A DNA stretch of 32,000 nt from a bacterium (GTDB taxonomy: Bacteria; Patescibacteriota; Microgenomatia; UBA1406; GWC2-37-13), in NCBI GenBank assembly GCA_029573715.1, contig JAKQDR010000165.1, positions 56,766 to 88,765 on the forward strand, given 5' to 3'. The position numbers and the translations under genes are program-made. This document shows positions 8,770-17,603 of the stretch, piece by piece. The notes under the pieces were generated by a model. The model saw only the letters and a list, made by a program, of their open reading frames with translations. It was not told where the DNA came from and searched no databases. The stretch's first letter is position 1; each line of letters begins with the position of its first letter.

Positions 8770-9813
8770 CTATAGGACAATCTTTTGCCGAATGTGGTGA
8801 GCCGTTGTATATAGTTTGTAGAGCAAGAGGTTTATAACAAGATCAAACGACCCTGCATATTGGACAAATTGAGTGCCATAGCCTTGCTTAAACTTCGTAA
8901 ACCCGGCCCACGGGTCTGATGAGTTATGATTGGGTGGTAAGCTTCCCCACATATCAAAACGAGTACATCCAAGTTGTTTCGCAAGAAGCAGCGCCTCCCA
9001 CATAAGTAGATTGGGCGCCATTACGTTTTTGTGTGTGTCAGATGATCCACCATAGACATAATACATGGTGTCTTTAAATTGCCATAATTGATAAGCAGCA
9101 AGAGGCTCGGCATTATAGCGAGCTACAATAATATGATTTTGCAGTCCGGTTTGTCCGGACACATACTCGCTCTGTTGCCTTTCATTCAATATTACCCATA
9201 CATTCCTATGGTACGCCGGTATGTGGCCTTTGTATCGCTGTCTCATGCAGGTGTCAAAATACAAACGCTCGAAAATTTGATAGCCTTCTTCATTGTTTAA
9301 TACTTCAGTAGTTACATGTTTTCGCTGGGCAAGTCGAATGTTGTATCGGGTCTTTGGATGCATTGTTGCCATGAGTTCTTGTTCTGTTCGAGCGATGTCA
9401 AGCGTCTGATTCCACATGGTAAAGAGTGGATGGGGCGACATGATTAACCTGGGCACATGGATCGACTTCCATTCATCTTTCAATATGTTAGGTTCAAATT
9501 TAATGAATATAACTCCATACTTCTTGGCCCATGGTTTCAAATAGTTCACCAAATCTAATGTCGGAGCGAATGATTTGGGCACATACCCTATTGCATATGG
9601 AGAAAATGGGATAGGATGAATGGTGAGTAAATATACCTGAGCATCATTTCCCTGTTCGTCTTTTTGTATCAGGCGCACAATCCGCTTACCTTCGTGTTTG
9701 CGCACCTCTCCCCACTCCCATGATTGCATGGGGTGTGTGGCCAAAGCATTCCACTCACGCGGGCCTAAATCATTTTCCCGTATGGTTGATGGGTGGTGGT
9801 GTGTTTTGGTCAT
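8770..9813 (-). CDS. FemABX-family peptidoglycan-bridge aminoacyl-transferase (lipid II:amino acid transferase-like)
   Basis: 347 aa. Motifs MQSWEWGEVRKHEG, HPKTRYNIRLAQRK, YYVYGGSSDTHKNVMAPNLLMWEALLLAKQLGCTRFDMWG and GFTKFKQGYG fit the FemAB family. Its ATG overlaps the TGA of the upstream GT4 gene (ATGA at 9810-9813). TAG stop. Confidence 0.78.
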   Translation of the reverse strand: MTKTHHHPSTIRENDLGPREWNALATHPMQSWEWGEVRKHEGKRIVRLIQKDEQGNDAQVYLLTIHPIPFSPYAIGYVPKSFAPTLDLVNYLKPWAKKYGVIFIKFEPNILKDEWKSIHVPRLIMSPHPLFTMWNQTLDIARTEQELMATMHPKTRYNIRLAQRKHVTTEVLNNEEGYQIFERLYFDTCMRQRYKGHIPAYHRNVWVILNERQQSEYVSGQTGLQNHIIVARYNAEPLAAYQLWQFKDTMYYVYGGSSDTHKNVMAPNLLMWEALLLAKQLGCTRFDMWGSLPPNHNSSDPWAGFTKFKQGYGTQFVQYAGSFDLVINLLLYKLYTTAHHIRQKIVL

Positions 9814-10964
9814 TTCAACAATATTTCAAGTGTATTCTCCGCACAGTATTCCCATGAGAATTTTCGTGCTCGAGCCTCTCCCCGCTCAACAAGTTCATTT
9901 CTCAGTTTCAAATCTTTCTCCAGCATCCGGAGTTTATCAAGTAAGCTATTTGCGTTCTTGGGCTCAAAATACAACGCTGCCGTCCCCCCCACTTCAGGCA
10001 AGGCTGAGGTGTTACTTGCAATAACCGGACAACCAGCGGAAAAAGCCTCAAGCATGGGAATACCAAATCCTTCATATAAGCTTGGCATAACAAAACAAAA
10101 CGCCTTATGGTACAAATGATATTTCTCAAGTTCATTCACATATCCAACTATATGCACTACATCTTCCAACTTTAATTTATGAACCAAAGAAAATATTTCT
10201 TTATACAACCATCCTTTCTTTCCAGCGATAACAAGCTTATAATCCGGATTTTCTTTGTGAAATAATGCAAAGGCGTACACAAGCGTGGTTAAGTTTTTAC
10301 GAGGTTGCAGTGTCCCTACATACAAAATATAGTGATACGGCACCAATTTGTAATCATGCCCTTGTATCAGCATATTTTGTTTGGGTGTTGTTGTTTTAAA
10401 TGGGGTAAGGCCGTTAGGTATGGTGTGAATCATTTCCTCTGGTATATGATACATTTTCACAATATCTGCCCTTGTGTGTGAGGAAACGGCGATAATATCG
10501 TGGGCTTTGGTTACTGATTCTATAGTCCAATGATGGAGTTTATACAAGTCTTTCTTAAGAAATTCATCAGGGAAAAATTCATACGCCAAATCGTGAATGG
10601 TCACAACTAATTTGCAATTTGGAGGTATCCAAGGAGGAGAATAGTGTGCCGGGGCAAAAAACGCATGAAACCGTATATTGGATAGTATTAATACTTTTCT
10701 CAATCGTTGCCACATGTAATCAATACGCATCTGCAGGGGTAAAAAAAAGCGAAGCCACATAAATGGCCCCCACACAACTTTGTATCTAAAATATTGATTT
10801 TCTCTGGGGAGGTGTAGCTTGGGGTTTTCGCGTAGATACACCAAAAATCGAATATCATGCGAAGCATACCGTTTAAACTGGGAAAGGAGATTGCTCGTGT
10901 ATACCGAGACACCAACGGTTTTATCTACGTTAGCTTCGTTTCCATCAATAAGAATTAGACGCAT
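9810..10964 (-). CDS. Glycosyltransferase family 4 (GT-B)
   Basis: C-terminal GT4 signature FVMPSLYEGFGIPMLEAFSAGCPVIASNTSALPEVGG. The ORF track begins at a TTG (10982); ATG 10964 (MRLILIDGNE) is the more typical GT4 start. Confidence 0.85.
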   Translation of the reverse strand: MRLILIDGNEANVDKTVGVSVYTSNLLSQFKRYASHDIRFLVYLRENPKLHLPRENQYFRYKVVWGPFMWLRFFLPLQMRIDYMWQRLRKVLILSNIRFHAFFAPAHYSPPWIPPNCKLVVTIHDLAYEFFPDEFLKKDLYKLHHWTIESVTKAHDIIAVSSHTRADIVKMYHIPEEMIHTIPNGLTPFKTTTPKQNMLIQGHDYKLVPYHYILYVGTLQPRKNLTTLVYAFALFHKENPDYKLVIAGKKGWLYKEIFSLVHKLKLEDVVHIVGYVNELEKYHLYHKAFCFVMPSLYEGFGIPMLEAFSAGCPVIASNTSALPEVGGTAALYFEPKNANSLLDKLRMLEKDLKLRNELVERGEARARKFSWEYCAENTLEILLK

Positions 10965-10984
10965 AGAAAATAATGCACTCAAAA

Positions 10985-12091
10985 TCAGAGTTCCTCTATC
11001 GATTCTAACATATTTGCGAGGTAGGCTTCATGGGTAAATCGCTTGACATTGGCATACCCATTATCAATAAATGATTGGCGCGCTTGAGGTTGAAGGGCCA
11101 TAAACCGCATCGCAGCAACTAATTCATCCATATTGCGAGGATCAAAATACAAAGCCGAGCGCTCGTCTGCAATCTCAGTGAGTGATGAACTATTGCTCAT
11201 AATCACTGGACACCCAAGCGTCATTGCCTCAAGAGGAGGAATACCAAAACCCTCATACAAAGAAGGAAATACAAAGGCGAGGGCATGAGTGTAGAGTGTT
11301 GCAAGATCTTCATCTGATACCGCACCAAGCATTAGAATCTTGGGATGTTGGAAAGCGGAGGTATCAACATCCCACCCACGAGGCCCGGCGATGACCAAAG
11401 ATAAATGAGCAAATCGAGGATCTTGAATCAGGTGCAAAAACGCTTCAATAAGAATTTTCAAATTTTTCCGAGGTTCCACCTTACCAACTGCAAACAAATA
11501 TTCGCCAGGTTTAAATGCATAGTTGAATCGAGCGCTTGTCGGCACTGAAAGGCGGGATATTCCCGGGTAATTTACTGATACTTTAGCAAAAATATCTTGA
11601 TATTCAGATTGAAGATCAGCTTTAGTTGACGCACTATCACACCATATCTGTGCGCATTCCTTCACGACATGACTTAAACGTTTTGACTGGGTTGATAATA
11701 TAAGTGGATCAACTGTCTCTGGCATTTTTCGAAAGACCAGATCATGGACAATTGTTGCTTGTTTCTGTGCAATCTTCACGGGTGGCTGAGTCCAGTCAGA
11801 TGAAATAAACAAGTCAAATTCATGGGGTACGGGCATGGTGTTTCGCCATTTCGCTTCATTCCACATCAGTGAGAGCATACGGGGTGGGACATACCATCGA
11901 ACAAGCGTATGATCTGTTTTTTTTATTTCAGAAAGAATATCTGCATGCAAATTATGCTTAAGCGAGGAGAAGAAAAATGTAAAACGATGAGGCGTTCGAG
12001 CAGCAAGGATGCTTTTTGTTAAATGATAGGTAAACCGAGCGACACCAGTTCCCTGATAAATGATTTGTGATATGTCTATGCCGATATGCAT
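10985..12091 (-). CDS. Glycosyltransferase family 4 (GT-B)
   Basis: 368 aa. Signature FVFPSLYEGFGIPPLEAMTLGCPVIMSNSSSLTEI. ATG at 12091, TGA at 10985-10987. Confidence 0.85.
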   Translation of the reverse strand: MHIGIDISQIIYQGTGVARFTYHLTKSILAARTPHRFTFFFSSLKHNLHADILSEIKKTDHTLVRWYVPPRMLSLMWNEAKWRNTMPVPHEFDLFISSDWTQPPVKIAQKQATIVHDLVFRKMPETVDPLILSTQSKRLSHVVKECAQIWCDSASTKADLQSEYQDIFAKVSVNYPGISRLSVPTSARFNYAFKPGEYLFAVGKVEPRKNLKILIEAFLHLIQDPRFAHLSLVIAGPRGWDVDTSAFQHPKILMLGAVSDEDLATLYTHALAFVFPSLYEGFGIPPLEAMTLGCPVIMSNSSSLTEIADERSALYFDPRNMDELVAAMRFMALQPQARQSFIDNGYANVKRFTHEAYLANMLESIEEL

Positions 12092-12116
12092 GATAAATAC
12101 AGGGGGCTACCAATGA

Positions 12117-13325
12117 CTAATTTCGACTACTGACCAATGATTCATATGAGCTTACTAATTTTTTTGTTATGGATTCCCAGCTAAATTGACTGCGAGCAAT
12201 GGTGTAAGCATTATGTGCAAGAGCCTGTCGCAATACATCATCTTGTGCGATATGAGTAATTTTTTGGGCGAATTCTTGCGGGCTTTGCGCCAGTAAGACA
12301 CTCACGCCATCTTGAAGGGCAAGGCCTTCAGCGCCGGTAGCGGTTGTGACTACCGGTAAGCGAGTTGCCATAGCAGTAAGTATTTTTAAACGTGTTCCTC
12401 CAGGGCCAAATATAGGTGCGACAAACACATGAGCGTCAGTGTATACCTGGCGAACCTGTTCATTGCCGGCTTCATTGAGATTAACAAAGTGCAGATTGCT
12501 TGCCTTGGCCTGCAAGAGGCGCGAAGGAATATTTTGACCCGCGACAGTGAGCTCATATTGGATGGTGTCATGGGATAAAAGTGGCATAACTTGCTCTATC
12601 AAAAATCCAACTGCCTCAGTATTTTGAAGCCAGGAAAAGTTGCCAACAAAAAGCATCTTCACCGATTCCTTAATATCTTTTTTTACCGGATCCATAACAA
12701 ACATATCATCACTTGCGCCGTTGGGTATAACGACCGGATTGATATTAGGTGCAAGATCATGAATCATAGCCGCATCTGAGTCAGAAACTGCAGCTACAAG
12801 TTGTGCATGATTCCAATAATGCTTTTCCCAAAATTTCAGCTTAAAAGTGTCCAATCTTAATGGGTGGTGCAGATACCACGGAAGCTGGGTAATATAATGT
12901 TTGTATACTCTATACTCAAGCGTTTGATCTACCAATAGAGTCGGTATATGTGTTTTGGGAATATGTGGCATCACATAAAATGTTTCTGCATGTAATACAT
13001 CAAATGATTCTGTTTTAAGCAACTCTTCGACTTTGTCTGCCGCTTCTTGTGAATAATTACGCACCACTAAAAATGGAAGGAGTCCAAAAACCGACTTTAA
13101 GACCGTGCTTATCTGCCATGGCTTTTCTGGGCGTTTACATAAATAGATGTCTTTACAGTAGTCTTTTAGATGCTGTGCGTACTGACGCTCTTCAATTTTT
13201 TTATATAAACACACGAGTGTAATCTCATGTGCACTACTAAGGTGCCTGAGTAAATTGTATGTACGAATTTGCCCACCTGAAGCGGGTGGATACGGCAAAT
13301 ACGGAGTAAGCATGAGGATTTTCAT
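12117..13325 (-). CDS. Glycosyltransferase family 4-like (GT-B)
   Basis: 402 aa. N-terminal MKILMLTPYLPYPPASGGQIRTYNL, and a C-terminal nucleotide-sugar region FVAPIFGPGGTRLKILTAMATRLPVVTTATGAEGL. TAG stop at 12117-12119. Confidence 0.8.
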   Translation of the reverse strand: MKILMLTPYLPYPPASGGQIRTYNLLRHLSSAHEITLVCLYKKIEERQYAQHLKDYCKDIYLCKRPEKPWQISTVLKSVFGLLPFLVVRNYSQEAADKVEELLKTESFDVLHAETFYVMPHIPKTHIPTLLVDQTLEYRVYKHYITQLPWYLHHPLRLDTFKLKFWEKHYWNHAQLVAAVSDSDAAMIHDLAPNINPVVIPNGASDDMFVMDPVKKDIKESVKMLFVGNFSWLQNTEAVGFLIEQVMPLLSHDTIQYELTVAGQNIPSRLLQAKASNLHFVNLNEAGNEQVRQVYTDAHVFVAPIFGPGGTRLKILTAMATRLPVVTTATGAEGLALQDGVSVLLAQSPQEFAQKITHIAQDDVLRQALAHNAYTIARSQFSWESITKKLVSSYESLVSSRN

Positions 13326-13343
13326 ACCCTATCAAAAATGCAT

Positions 13344-14786
13344 CTAAAGCTTTAATAGAACAAAGCGATCGTTTGCAAAAACCCGAGTAATGGTTGGATC
13401 TTCTTGCTCGAGACTGTCTGCAGTTTGTTGATTATAAGTGAATATATAGGCGTATCCTTTCTCTTTAAAACTTTTTGCAGAGCTGTAAATGCCGGGTGAG
13501 CCTTTTCTATCAAAGGCAAATAGAGCCGTTGTGTCGCCTCCGGTATCAACGACAATAAGCTCATCCGGGGCAACAAACGTGCGGACAATCTTGGCAAATT
13601 GAGGGATGTCGCTGAGCGAGTAATAATAGTGTTGCACTTTCTCCCAAGAGATAAACCAACTTGCGATAAAAAGCGCAGTACCCATGGCAAAAACAGCTAT
13701 TTTTTGAATCAAATGATGGGCATTTTTGTATATATACGAAAAACCTATGCCTGAGATGATCGCAAGGCTTGGAAGAATGAGTATTTGATAGTATTCATGC
13801 TGTACGTTACCTCCCTGAAACGTAAATAGGTAGGCAAATGATGACAAAAGAAGGGCATGTGGAAGAAATGTCTTGGTTTTTGACCATAACCCTTGTATAA
13901 AAAATACTAGATTATATGAACCTAATATCAAAACATTTATCCGTTCAAAAAATATCCATCTGAAAAATGCGGGTCGGAAAAAGATTGGATACATAGCTCC
14001 ACCCGTGCTGACACTTGTGATAAGCCAAGAATTCGCAGGTATTCCTTCGGGATACTGCTGAATGTAGAGTCGCCACAAGCCAAACGGGACAAGAGCCACC
14101 GCAAGAAGTACAAGAGGGGTTGCTAGTCGAAAGCTCAACTTGGATTGGTGATGTGCATACGCATACCAGAGGGCTAGTGCATAAAAGACAGTTGTCGGCT
14201 TCACGAGCACTGCTAATGCAAATGCGACCGCCGATAAAATTATGGCATATTTACTACGCGAGCGATATGCTACATACAGCGCAATCATAACCAACATGCT
14301 TGCAAATACTTCAGGGAGGATGGCGCGGGTATAAAATACAAAAAACGGCATCACCGCATACATCATGGCTGAAACGACTGCAGCGATCCGGCCAGCTTCT
14401 CGCAGGGCAAGATTAAAAATTATGCCAAGAATAACTATTGAGGAAAAAATGCTTACCGCTCGACCCCATACCACAATGTCAAGTTGAGGAATTAATTGAT
14501 ACCAAAGCGCAATAACTGCATTATAGAGGGGAAACTCAACCATACGATACCCGCGAGGGTTATCCTGCCCAGTTTGAAGTGGCGATACGTCATCATAGCG
14601 AGGTAAAAGCATATTAATCCCCTCACGACTATAGTTACGAGCGACTGCAAGTGTGTCTGCTTGACGCCAGCTGTGAAACTCAATAAGCGGTGTCTCAATT
14701 TTGTACAAGCGAAATGCGAGAGCGAATATAATGATTACAAAAAGAATCACAATATCAATCCGATTATGTTTTTTCAAAAAAGTCAT
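13344..14786 (-). CDS. Polytopic GT-C glycosyltransferase (ArnT/PMT, GT39/GT83-like)
   Basis: 480 aa and strongly hydrophobic, with many predicted TM helices. First-loop motif HSWRQADTLAVARNY is typical of polyprenyl-phosphate-sugar-dependent GT-C enzymes. Soluble C-terminal domain. TAG stop. Confidence 0.68.
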   Translation of the reverse strand: MTFLKKHNRIDIVILFVIIIFALAFRLYKIETPLIEFHSWRQADTLAVARNYSREGINMLLPRYDDVSPLQTGQDNPRGYRMVEFPLYNAVIALWYQLIPQLDIVVWGRAVSIFSSIVILGIIFNLALREAGRIAAVVSAMMYAVMPFFVFYTRAILPEVFASMLVMIALYVAYRSRSKYAIILSAVAFALAVLVKPTTVFYALALWYAYAHHQSKLSFRLATPLVLLAVALVPFGLWRLYIQQYPEGIPANSWLITSVSTGGAMYPIFFRPAFFRWIFFERINVLILGSYNLVFFIQGLWSKTKTFLPHALLLSSFAYLFTFQGGNVQHEYYQILILPSLAIISGIGFSYIYKNAHHLIQKIAVFAMGTALFIASWFISWEKVQHYYYSLSDIPQFAKIVRTFVAPDELIVVDTGGDTTALFAFDRKGSPGIYSSAKSFKEKGYAYIFTYNQQTADSLEQEDPTITRVFANDRFVLLKL

Positions 14787-14800
14787 ATCAATAGAATTAT

Positions 14801-16447
14801 TTAAGCGTGCTTTGAATGAGTATGAGATGTGCTAAAAATGCCGATATATAACCCCGTTATGGTCCAGAAAATAAATGCAACTTTTGATGCCTCAAAAACA
14901 TCAATGAGAATTGCATTGACCAGAAGCGCGATAAAGCCTGCGCAAAAACCCGCAATAATCAATACATCTTGCGTATGATTTTTGATGGCACTAACCATTG
15001 TCTTACCAATAAGCGCCAATATTCCCATGAAAAGCAATGCGCCAAGCGCACCCATTTCACCAAACCATCTGAAATAATCGCCATCAGTGCTTTCGGTGAG
15101 TGAGCTCGGGCCCGTCCCAAGGATGGGATTGGCAAGAAATGCACGCCATGCGCGTGGCCATTCAACCTGTGTACGTGTCGCAAGAGATGTGTCACCGGCG
15201 ACGACATCTTTAGCAACAAAAGATTGGAATTCTTTGTACTTCTCGTTCACCAGGCGTATTGCATCTTCCTCGGTGATGACCCGACCGCTTTTTTTCGCTT
15301 CTTCAATCTCTTTTTTCACCAACTGTTTCTGCAAATCTTTTTTGTCTTTTTCGCTGACTACCGGGGCTGAGCCGCCCTGTACAACGAAATGGCTTCCTGC
15401 AGGAAGTGTGGTAACCTCAATTTCTTGGTTAATGATTTCAGCTCCGGTTTGCACATTTTCAAATACACGGGTTTTCTGAAACATATCCATAAATCGATTG
15501 GTCATGTCCCGACTCATTAAAAGTAAAACGAAGGTGAGCAGGGCGGTGAGCACGAGTCCGCGCCACTTGCGCGTAAACACAAAGTATAGAGTGATAGAAA
15601 AGACAAAAGCACCAAAAGAAATGCGCGATGCAGTAAGGATAAGTGTGGTAATGGCGAGAATATACACAAATATTCCACGAATCTTATGGGTGGTATAGCT
15701 TATGCTTGCAGCGACAATGGGAATCAAGAAAACCAAATACGCTGCAAGATCATAGTGACCGGCAAATGTGGCAGAGACTCGAGATTCAGGGGTAAGCTTC
15801 AAAAGATGGCCCTTGGCAAACTCCGCATTCATTGTTTGTACGGCCGGAAAATCGAAAAAGCGGAAGAAAAAATATCCCACATCTTTCATAAATCCATAGC
15901 TATTGACTGACATCCATTCAAACACATCACGCACCGGCTGAAACAAAATGGAGCTTTTTTGACCAAGCGCATAAAGGCTTACCAAAAGCGTAACCCAAAT
16001 GCTTACATTCAGAAATTTCATAAGGATTCTTTTATGGCTGTCCGCGCCTCGCACATGAAGAAGTTCTATTTGTACGGCAGCGAATGCTACGAAGAAGGGA
16101 AACATGTACTCCACACGGCGAAGCGCGTGAAGAAATCCGATGTTGCGAAAGGTAATTACCTGACTTACAAATATATTAAAAAAGAGGGAGATAAAAACCG
16201 AGCTCCAAAAAAGGAAGAAAAGCAATGTAAACTGTCGGTGCCACTGAATTTTGCGACGCAAAAATTGAATGACAAACACCACACCCATAAGCGCCACATA
16301 AAAATCCTCCAGACGTATTGCGATATACGTGTCGTGAATGCGGATAAAGGGTATTTTAGGATAGAGCGGAATAATGACCAATAGAACTAATGTACAGAGG
16401 GTCAAAATATGTCTATCGAATGTGCTGAGTAGTTTATGCCATTTCAT
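14801..16447 (-). CDS. O-antigen ligase / Wzy_C-family polytopic membrane protein
   Basis: Multi-TM protein with ILTASRISFGAFVF, then a roughly 130-aa charged loop ending in WPRAWRAFLANPILGTGPSS, which is the pattern of the Wzy_C/O-antigen-ligase loop. I chose ATG 16447 (MKWHKLL), which overlaps the GT2 TGA (ATGA at 16444-16447). The track's extension to 16603 lies inside the GT2 gene. Confidence 0.68.
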   Translation of the reverse strand: MKWHKLLSTFDRHILTLCTLVLLVIIPLYPKIPFIRIHDTYIAIRLEDFYVALMGVVFVIQFLRRKIQWHRQFTLLFFLFWSSVFISLFFNIFVSQVITFRNIGFLHALRRVEYMFPFFVAFAAVQIELLHVRGADSHKRILMKFLNVSIWVTLLVSLYALGQKSSILFQPVRDVFEWMSVNSYGFMKDVGYFFFRFFDFPAVQTMNAEFAKGHLLKLTPESRVSATFAGHYDLAAYLVFLIPIVAASISYTTHKIRGIFVYILAITTLILTASRISFGAFVFSITLYFVFTRKWRGLVLTALLTFVLLLMSRDMTNRFMDMFQKTRVFENVQTGAEIINQEIEVTTLPAGSHFVVQGGSAPVVSEKDKKDLQKQLVKKEIEEAKKSGRVITEEDAIRLVNEKYKEFQSFVAKDVVAGDTSLATRTQVEWPRAWRAFLANPILGTGPSSLTESTDGDYFRWFGEMGALGALLFMGILALIGKTMVSAIKNHTQDVLIIAGFCAGFIALLVNAILIDVFEASKVAFIFWTITGLYIGIFSTSHTHSKHA

Positions 16448-17439
16448 ATGGGTGATGATGGTAATTTTTGACGGGATTCTTGCACAATTGCGAGTGCGCT
16501 TCGATATGTTTCCATGAGTTTCTGACGGCCTAAAAGCATCGCAAGTGCTATGACCAGGCGTGCTTTTAGTGCAAGAAGCCATTGTACCATACCCAGTGCC
16601 CAAGGATGATGATGGGTGCGGTATAAAAAGAGAAAGCCACGATACACCTGGAAGATGGGATATGTTTTATTACTGGAGGCCGATCCAAGGTGAACTAGCT
16701 GTGCGTTTGGCAGATACCACACATTCATTCCCTTCTTTCGTGCCCGATACAAGAGCTCAATCTCCTCCATATACATAAATATGTTTTCATCAAAGCCATC
16801 AAGCTCTAGAAAATCATCCTTCCTGCACATGATGCATGCACCGGAAACCCAATCAACAGCCTTCGGGATGCTTGGTGCATAACGCGTCAGCCCCCAATAA
16901 TCACCGCGTAAAAATAGCGCACCAATGATGGTGGGTATGGAATAATACGGTCCACATGATGGTTGGGGAGAAAAGTCTTCGTTCAGAAGTTGAGGCCCCG
17001 CAAAATGCACTTTGTAGCCGGTGCGCGTTGGACGAGTGACCAATGCTTCGTACGCTTTGGTGTGAGGTGGATTATTAGCCATACACTCCGAAACGAATGT
17101 TGCAAGCGCATCCTTCACCATGATTGTGTCAGTATTAAGCAGAAGTAAATATTCTCCCCGAGATGCGCGAGCTGCTTTATTGTGACCTTTGCCAAATCCC
17201 GCATTCTCAGTATTTCGAATAAGACGAATAGGAATGCCCAGAGAGCTTTTGTATTGCTCTATTGCGTCAAATGAGCCATCTTTTGAATTGTTGTCAACAA
17301 TCACAATCTCAATATCATGTGAGGGGGTTTTTGTGAGCCAGCGTAACGCGAGCGATTTTTCGATGGATCGCAAGCATTGCAGGGTAATGTCTTTTGTTTG
17401 ATAAGACACGATGTTTATCGAAAGAAGCGGCGTATCCAT
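16444..17439 (-). CDS. Glycosyltransferase family 2 (GT-A)
   Basis: 331 aa. Motifs LSINIVSYQTKD, IVIVDNNSKDGS, LLLLNTDT (DxD-like) and DENIFMYMEEIELLYR. First gene of the minus-strand operon. Confidence 0.85.
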   Translation of the reverse strand: MDTPLLSINIVSYQTKDITLQCLRSIEKSLALRWLTKTPSHDIEIVIVDNNSKDGSFDAIEQYKSSLGIPIRLIRNTENAGFGKGHNKAARASRGEYLLLLNTDTIMVKDALATFVSECMANNPPHTKAYEALVTRPTRTGYKVHFAGPQLLNEDFSPQPSCGPYYSIPTIIGALFLRGDYWGLTRYAPSIPKAVDWVSGACIMCRKDDFLELDGFDENIFMYMEEIELLYRARKKGMNVWYLPNAQLVHLGSASSNKTYPIFQVYRGFLFLYRTHHHPWALGMVQWLLALKARLVIALAMLLGRQKLMETYRSALAIVQESRQKLPSSPI

Positions 17440-17440
17440 G

Positions 17441-17456
17441 TGCTATAATTTTAGCA
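17441..17456. promoter_or_regulatory. Palindromic element carrying two overlapping divergent extended -10 boxes
   Basis: TGCTATAATTTTAGCA reads TGcTATAAT on the + strand (17441-17449, 25 nt before the tRNA). It reads TGcTAAAAT on the - strand (17456-17448, 8 nt before the GT2 ATG at 17439). The arms TGCTA and TAGCA are inverted repeats. Confidence 0.4.
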
Positions 17457-17473
17457 CGAAATTGACCAAAATA

Positions 17474-17548
17474 GCCATCGTAGCTCAGGGGCAGAGCAAA
17501 CGTTTCATAAGCGTTGGGTCGTAGGTTCGAATCCTACCGGTGGCACCA
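17474..17548 (+). tRNA. tRNA with anticodon CAT (elongator tRNA-Met, or tRNA-Ile2 if lysidinylated), CCA encoded
   Basis: Hand-folded cloverleaf: acceptor GCCATCG/CGGTGGC (one G-U); D arm GCTC-AGGGGCA-GAGC; anticodon arm AACGT-TTCATAA-GCGTT; variable loop GGGTC; T arm GTAGG-TTCGAAT-CCTAC; discriminator A; CCA. It has a G1-C72 pair and no GGG/CCC in the anticodon stem, so it is not an initiator. Confidence 0.9.
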
Positions 17549-17550
17549 TT

Positions 17551-17575
17551 GAAAAAATAGCCCAAGCGTTGGGAG
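17551..17575 (+). repeat. Left copy of an imperfect direct repeat flanking the R-M cassette
   Basis: GAAAAAATAGCCCAAGCGTTGGGAG, compared with 21677-21703 CAAAAAGAGCTACCACCAAGCGTGGAG. Shared blocks are AAAAA, AGC, CCAAGCGT, GG and AG. Confidence 0.35.
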
Positions 17576-17603
17576 TAACGAGCGATGAGCTTTTGAGATA
17601 ATT

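Noticed and set aside
16448-16603. N-terminal extension of the O-antigen-ligase-like ORF in the track. Similar extensions occur at 28325..28540, 23684..23746 and 1525..1569.
   Set aside because: The extensions at 16448-16603 and 28325-28540 run into the preceding gene, and those at 23684-23746 and 1525-1569 add atypical residues. Internal ATGs give canonical N-termini and tight gene spacing (ATGA overlap at 16444-16447, 7-nt gap at 28325-28331).
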